Assembly: GCA_012523775.1 (NCBI GenBank)
Contig: JAAYTK010000074.1
Location: forward strand, 7,055-71,054
Length of the DNA stretch: 64,000 nt
Origin: Clostridiales bacterium
Lineage (GTDB): Bacteria; Bacillota; Clostridia; Lachnospirales; Lachnospiraceae
Reading direction: 5' to 3'
Shown piece by piece: positions 59,072 through 64,000 of the stretch (the stretch's first letter is position 1; every line of letters begins with the position of its first letter). The position numbers and the translations under genes are program-made. The notes beneath the pieces are model-generated. The model saw only the letters and a list, made by a program, of their open reading frames with translations, made no database searches and had not been told where the DNA came from.

Positions 59072-60316
59072 CTAATTTAATATATCCTTCACCATCTGCA
59101 CCTCTTCTTTACTGCACTCTATATTACTATATCTTGCTTTCTCATATATGGCTGTAAGTAATGCTTTCCTTTTTTGCATTGAAGATTCATCTAAGTCAGA
59201 ATCCCTGATTTCAAAAGCGTATTCCGACAGCTCATTAGGCAACTTGTACTTTAATGATTTGTCGGGCTGTGCATTCTTTAGCACGGCACGCATGTATTGC
59301 CTTCGTATCCTTATGTTGTTCGACCGCCCAAACAGAGACAGAATACCCCGTCGTAACGACGACTTATTCCCGGTGCTGTTATCAGCCTTTATAAATGTGG
59401 TGATTTCCTTAATCCTGTCTTCGCCATAAATCTCAGTTCTGGAATGGAAAATATCATAGATTTTTCGTAATCCATATACTATTAGAATCAAAGCAGTAAT
59501 TATAGCAGCCCCTGCAAGTATATATGATAAAATTTCTGCCAGAAGAGATGGCTCCTTATCAACAAACTGGTAATAATCTTCTATAATCTCCTCATCCGAA
59601 GTAATTTCCTCAGGCTCTCTCCATAGTAGCATATAGACCGTTATTATGAACTTTACCAGTGCAATAAAGCCAGCCTTCAAGACACGGCTAAAGCCACCCA
59701 ATGGAATCTGTGAAAACAGAATCATTACTATTAAGCTAAGAAGGATAAACCCTACTATATAGAGGATATTGGAAGACCGAATCTTTCTTAAGGGGATATT
59801 AACCTTATCCTCATGCTTGCTGAAATAATAATATGAATTAACACAGTACATATTTATGATATATAGTATCCCAAATGCTATGGCTATACTAAAGAATAAA
59901 AATTTAAGTATAGTGTATTGAGGATAAACAGATATACAGAACATATACATGGCAATAAATATGACGGACAAAGCAAGGGAAGAATTCTTAACCTTATTTT
60001 TTAGGCTCAGTACGAATTCTGTTACTCCCAATGCAATAATATTTATCCCAAACACACCCCTTAGTATAACATCATTTGACAGAATAATATAGGCCGTCAG
60101 CAGAACCAAATGTAAGGCGATAAAGCTCCATATATTTTTAGTGTATTTTCGTATTAAATAAGATATTATGGCTGCCGGAAGAAGCAACAAACCCTTCACG
60201 ATATATGAATACTGTTCAGTTATACTAAAAAAAATAAAAGAAGTAAATGTGAAGAAGACCATGAATCTTATTATTAGATTAATGATATCTATTCCAATTC
60301 GATACTGTTTATTCAT
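59072..60316 (-). CDS. Multi-pass membrane protein with DUF4129-like C-terminus
   Basis: About 8-9 TM segments and a C-terminal IRRQY..P.E..YEKARYS pattern. Third gene of the MoxR operon. Confidence 0.6.
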   Translation of the reverse strand: MNKQYRIGIDIINLIIRFMVFFTFTSFIFFSITEQYSYIVKGLLLLPAAIISYLIRKYTKNIWSFIALHLVLLTAYIILSNDVILRGVFGINIIALGVTEFVLSLKNKVKNSSLALSVIFIAMYMFCISVYPQYTILKFLFFSIAIAFGILYIINMYCVNSYYYFSKHEDKVNIPLRKIRSSNILYIVGFILLSLIVMILFSQIPLGGFSRVLKAGFIALVKFIITVYMLLWREPEEITSDEEIIEDYYQFVDKEPSLLAEILSYILAGAAIITALILIVYGLRKIYDIFHSRTEIYGEDRIKEITTFIKADNSTGNKSSLRRGILSLFGRSNNIRIRRQYMRAVLKNAQPDKSLKYKLPNELSEYAFEIRDSDLDESSMQKRKALLTAIYEKARYSNIECSKEEVQMVKDILN

Positions 60317-60331
60317 TGGCCGCCTCCCTGA

Positions 60332-61453
60332 TTATAATACTATGTTCCATTCTATGATATGCCCTGACAACTCCTCACTGACACTGACCCTCACATGCTG
60401 ATTGATCGGAACAATCCACGAAAATTCCCTTTTCACCCGCCTCTGTGCCAACATAAGCTGCTGTAAGTCTTCCTTCTGATAATGGGACAGGATAATCACA
60501 TGGCTGTTAACCGTCGTATCCATAAGACATTTGTGCATTATCGGTAAAAAAGGCTTAGGCTCCAGTCCCAGATCGATTCTTGCCAATGATTCCTGAATCG
60601 ACTGAAAATGATTGCTTCCGGAACCGGCAGGCACCTCTATTGCTTCCTTTGTAATCAAATCCTTTGCATTAGTGTATATGGAGACAGGTATGCCTTGCCT
60701 GATAAATTCTCTCGAAAGCGATGCCGCAATACGAATACTCTCCTCATTTAAATCATCATATTTCCAAATTGTCTCAGACTCAGTATTAATGAGGATTATA
60801 ACATTTTGAGAAGAAGTATAATCAAAGACATTTACTTTGAGCATATCCGTCTTTGCCGATGCCTTCCAGTTAATAGATTTCATACCGTCATAGGACTGAT
60901 ATTCTCTGACATTCCGGAATTCGAAGGGATCTTCTATTATGTAACGTTTTGAAATAACCGATCCCAGCATTTTAGAAAAGGTCGCTTCCAGTCTGGTGGT
61001 TTCAATCGGCTTGGGATATACATATAGGTGAATATTAATATCAAAGGTATCGACATGCTCTTTTGTCATAAACAGATCTGAGCATATAATTTCCATTCGT
61101 TCTATTGTATAGTAACCTCTCTTAGTACATTCAAACGTCAAAGCTTTTGTCAGTGTCTGATACATCATAACCGAGGTCATTTCACTTCGGTAAAAATTAT
61201 CAGATACAACCGAATTATCCATATCTCTGAAGTTAAATGTTCGTGAGGTCATGAATTTAACCTGTAACACCGGCAGAGGAAGCAGCTTACGGTTTGATAT
61301 TGTTTCAATAAGAGACAGTTCTTCTCCCTCTATGGCCGCATCTTTGGAAAAGCTTAAATCAACATTAAGCCCCTTATTCCATAATTTTCGATATAAATAT
61401 TCCTGCAGTTTATAGAGCAATACCGCCCCTAATAATGCCATAACGAGGTTCAT
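60332..61453 (-). CDS. DUF58 (vWA-like) protein
   Basis: N-terminal TM, CTKRGYY, VYPKP, DPFEFRNVREYQSYD.MKSINWKASAK motifs. Confidence 0.9.
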   Translation of the reverse strand: MNLVMALLGAVLLYKLQEYLYRKLWNKGLNVDLSFSKDAAIEGEELSLIETISNRKLLPLPVLQVKFMTSRTFNFRDMDNSVVSDNFYRSEMTSVMMYQTLTKALTFECTKRGYYTIERMEIICSDLFMTKEHVDTFDINIHLYVYPKPIETTRLEATFSKMLGSVISKRYIIEDPFEFRNVREYQSYDGMKSINWKASAKTDMLKVNVFDYTSSQNVIILINTESETIWKYDDLNEESIRIAASLSREFIRQGIPVSIYTNAKDLITKEAIEVPAGSGSNHFQSIQESLARIDLGLEPKPFLPIMHKCLMDTTVNSHVIILSHYQKEDLQQLMLAQRRVKREFSWIVPINQHVRVSVSEELSGHIIEWNIVL

Positions 61454-61486
61454 GTGTGTGTCCTCCAGAGTTAGGTATTTATATAC

Positions 61487-62443
61487 TTAGTCCTTCTGAA
61501 AAGTCTCCGTGGGTACCGGTATGTCAGATAAAATACTATTCATAATGTCTAAAGTGGTTTCACTCTTCTGGAAGGTTGCACGAAGTACCAGACGATGTGC
61601 TAGTACATAGGGTGCCAAATATTTGATTATCTCAGGAGTAGCATAGGAAAGTCCCTTAATTGCTGAATATGCCTGTACGGTTCTTAATAATGCCAGGCTG
61701 CCTCTGGGACTGGCACCTAATATTACGCTTTTATTATCCCTCGTTTTTTGGGTAATTGCTATTATATATTCCATTAATACTGGATGAACATATACTGAAT
61801 GTACCGCTCTTTGAGCCACAAGAAGATCATCTAATGAGCATACCGGTGACAGCCTTGCGATAGGATCATCATCGATAAATCTTTCTAAAATGTTAATTTC
61901 CTCATTAAATGATGGAAATCCCACGCTAAGCTGCATCATAAAACGGTCTAGCTGAGCTTCCGGTAACGGATATGTACCCGCAGTCTCAACAGGATTCTGT
62001 GTTGCGATTACCAGGAATGGTCTCTTCAAAAGATGTGATTCCCCATCTATGGTAATCTGCCTTTCCTCCATACATTCAAGTAGACTGGATTGTGTTCGCG
62101 GTGTTGCTCTGTTAATCTCATCAGCCAATAATATATTAGTGAATGCCGGACCGCTTCTAAATGTAAACTCTCCCTCTTTCTGATTATAATAATTCAATCC
62201 TGTAATATCGGATGGAAGTAAATCCGGTGTAAACTGAATCCTTTTAAAATCCGCATCAATAGACTTTGCCAGAGATTTTGCCAGCATGGTCTTTCCCGTT
62301 CCTGGTACATCCTCCAGCAGAACATGGCCATTAGATAATAATGCCGTTATCAGTAACTCCACCACATCCGATTTTCCGATTATAACCCTATTAATATTAT
62401 TCTTTATCGCCTCAACCAGCCTCTTTAATCCTTGTACATCCAT
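61487..62443 (-). CDS. moxR: MoxR-family AAA+ ATPase
   Basis: HVLLEDVPGTGKT, RIQFTPDLLPSDITG, LADEINRATPRTQSSLLE, ATQNP, YPLPEAQLDRF and GASPR motifs. Confidence 0.96.
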   Translation of the reverse strand: MDVQGLKRLVEAIKNNINRVIIGKSDVVELLITALLSNGHVLLEDVPGTGKTMLAKSLAKSIDADFKRIQFTPDLLPSDITGLNYYNQKEGEFTFRSGPAFTNILLADEINRATPRTQSSLLECMEERQITIDGESHLLKRPFLVIATQNPVETAGTYPLPEAQLDRFMMQLSVGFPSFNEEINILERFIDDDPIARLSPVCSLDDLLVAQRAVHSVYVHPVLMEYIIAITQKTRDNKSVILGASPRGSLALLRTVQAYSAIKGLSYATPEIIKYLAPYVLAHRLVLRATFQKSETTLDIMNSILSDIPVPTETFQKD

Positions 62444-62513
62444 ACCTGTTACCCCCCCCTCATTGTTTCACATCTCATTACGAAATTATTATATATATTG
62501 TAACCCGATAAGA

Positions 62514-63932
62514 TTAATCTATCGGGATATCAAGTCTGTCTTTTACCGTCTCCTTAAAATCCTCAATAGCCTGATCTCTTGTTTTATTCCCCTCAACATA
62601 CTCACGCACCTGTTCACGCCATAATGAGTTAATGAAATCATCATACTGAGTCAAAACATTCCCATTTGCCAGCTTTGCAGCCTTGCCAAACACATCAAAT
62701 ATATTCTGATTACCAATGAAATCCAACTCGCCGACAGATTTATTCATAACAGTACCCGATGCTACAGCCTCAAATTTGTCATTCCCAAATATTTTTAAGA
62801 GACCATTAGCCCATTTATACTGCAGACCGCTTTCGGAGCTGTCAAGAGTAAGCCATTTAATAATCTCGGCTATTGCTTCCTTGTGCCTGGAATCCTTATT
62901 TACATAAATCCATGTGCCACCCCAGAAGAAGCCCTCTGGGGGCTCGCATACAGCCCAATCACCATAAGTACCTTCTCCAATCTTATTACTGCCGTAGTTA
63001 CTCATCATTATGTAATTTATAAACCATGAGGGTCCGAAAAATCCGAAAATCTCCTTCTCACCCTTACCCTCCATGTCAGCATACCATTCTTCTGTCCAAT
63101 CTTTTGTATTATTACTGTAACCGTTGTCTTTGAGTAGCTTAGCATAATCAAGAAACGCCTCTCTCTTAGGATCTATATAAAGCTTTCCGTCAACAATCCA
63201 TGGCTTTTCAGCGCTGTTAAATATAGAGTGCCAAATATCACCATCACCGGATACGATACCATATCCCTTATCCCTTAGTTCATCCGCCGCTTCAAAAAAC
63301 TTATCCCAGCCCGGACCGATTTTATCCTTAATCACCTCAGGATCGTCTGTTCCCCATACATTCTTTGCAATCGAACGACGATATATGAAGGCACCTCCGG
63401 TTCCCCGATGAGCAAGACTTACAATTTCACCCTCCGGATTTGTACCCATATCAATGACATACTGGGCGATATCAGCCTCAATAATAAGATTATCCACATC
63501 GATCCCAAGCTCCTTATAAGGTATTGCATACTTAGAATCGCTATCCTTAGAGTATTTTGGCACTCTGGAACTTTCAACACAATAAATATCGGGTATTGAT
63601 TCACCACCCCTCTTAAGGAACTCGTCAAGGAATACATGAAAATCACCATCCACTGTGGCGAAGGTGACCATCTTGATTTCATAAGGAAAATCCGGATTAA
63701 GCTCCTTATACTTATTTAGCATATTGGGTACTTCATCTGTTTGACTAAAAACATTAATGACATTCTTATTAGGAGTCTCTGTTATCGTAGCTTCATCATT
63801 ATCTTCATCTTTTGCAACTTCTGTCGGAGAAACACTTGGATAAATTGTGCTGTCACTCTCTTTATCACAGGCTGTTAATGACATAGACATTAAAAGCAGA
63901 CAAAATATTAATAACCCTGCAAAACGCTTCAT
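62514..63932 (-). CDS. Family-1 (carbohydrate-type) ABC solute-binding lipoprotein
   Basis: Lipobox LTAC, T/D-rich linker, PDIY..E, FIYRRSIA, FGPSW and FFWGGTW motifs. Start ATG 63932 (SD AGGGG). Confidence 0.85.
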   Translation of the reverse strand: MKRFAGLLIFCLLLMSMSLTACDKESDSTIYPSVSPTEVAKDEDNDEATITETPNKNVINVFSQTDEVPNMLNKYKELNPDFPYEIKMVTFATVDGDFHVFLDEFLKRGGESIPDIYCVESSRVPKYSKDSDSKYAIPYKELGIDVDNLIIEADIAQYVIDMGTNPEGEIVSLAHRGTGGAFIYRRSIAKNVWGTDDPEVIKDKIGPGWDKFFEAADELRDKGYGIVSGDGDIWHSIFNSAEKPWIVDGKLYIDPKREAFLDYAKLLKDNGYSNNTKDWTEEWYADMEGKGEKEIFGFFGPSWFINYIMMSNYGSNKIGEGTYGDWAVCEPPEGFFWGGTWIYVNKDSRHKEAIAEIIKWLTLDSSESGLQYKWANGLLKIFGNDKFEAVASGTVMNKSVGELDFIGNQNIFDVFGKAAKLANGNVLTQYDDFINSLWREQVREYVEGNKTRDQAIEDFKETVKDRLDIPID

Positions 63933-64000
63933 TTTGATCCCCCTAATACTCGAAAGACTACATATACTCAATACTTATGACAATTTCCTAAATTAGCTAT

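Overview
AT-rich window (by eye about 35-40% GC, not computed) from a spore-forming Clostridia chromosome. Gene content resembles Lachnospiraceae such as Herbinix/Mobilitalea (inference). It is mostly core genome. (1) recO-yqzL-era, an M16C peptidase and a cold-shock gene. (2) A nucleotide/folate cluster: purH, pyk, dCMP deaminase, guaB, ilvE, folA, thyA, and nrdD with NrdR boxes. (3) hflX, a TPR lipoprotein, and a membrane pyrophosphatase divergent from oadB-oadG. (4) A Csp-type germination protease and an FtsH-family protease. (5) A carbohydrate locus: GH2, GH1, an MCP fused to a sugar-binding domain, GH27, a LacI regulator and manA. (6) An Opp-type ABC operon with a very large OppA and two accessory genes. 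(7) spoVFAB, tgt-yajC, a GGDEF/EAL protein, fba, a thioesterase, ogg, gdh and niaX. (8) A DUF2752/DUF4234-like pair, a split chromate transporter, and a MoxR-DUF58 operon behind a solute-binding lipoprotein. I saw no rRNA, tRNA, CRISPR array, transposase or phage genes. The best leads are a chemoreceptor with almost no extracellular sensor but a C-terminal (predicted cytoplasmic) sugar-binding domain, a class III RNR carrying its own CPNC glutaredoxin-like domain, the atypical Opp operon with a candidate attenuated leader and a CTG-start oppF, and a K+-independent pyrophosphatase with an unusual gate residue next to an orphan oadBG. All family calls come from motif recognition; no database search was run.
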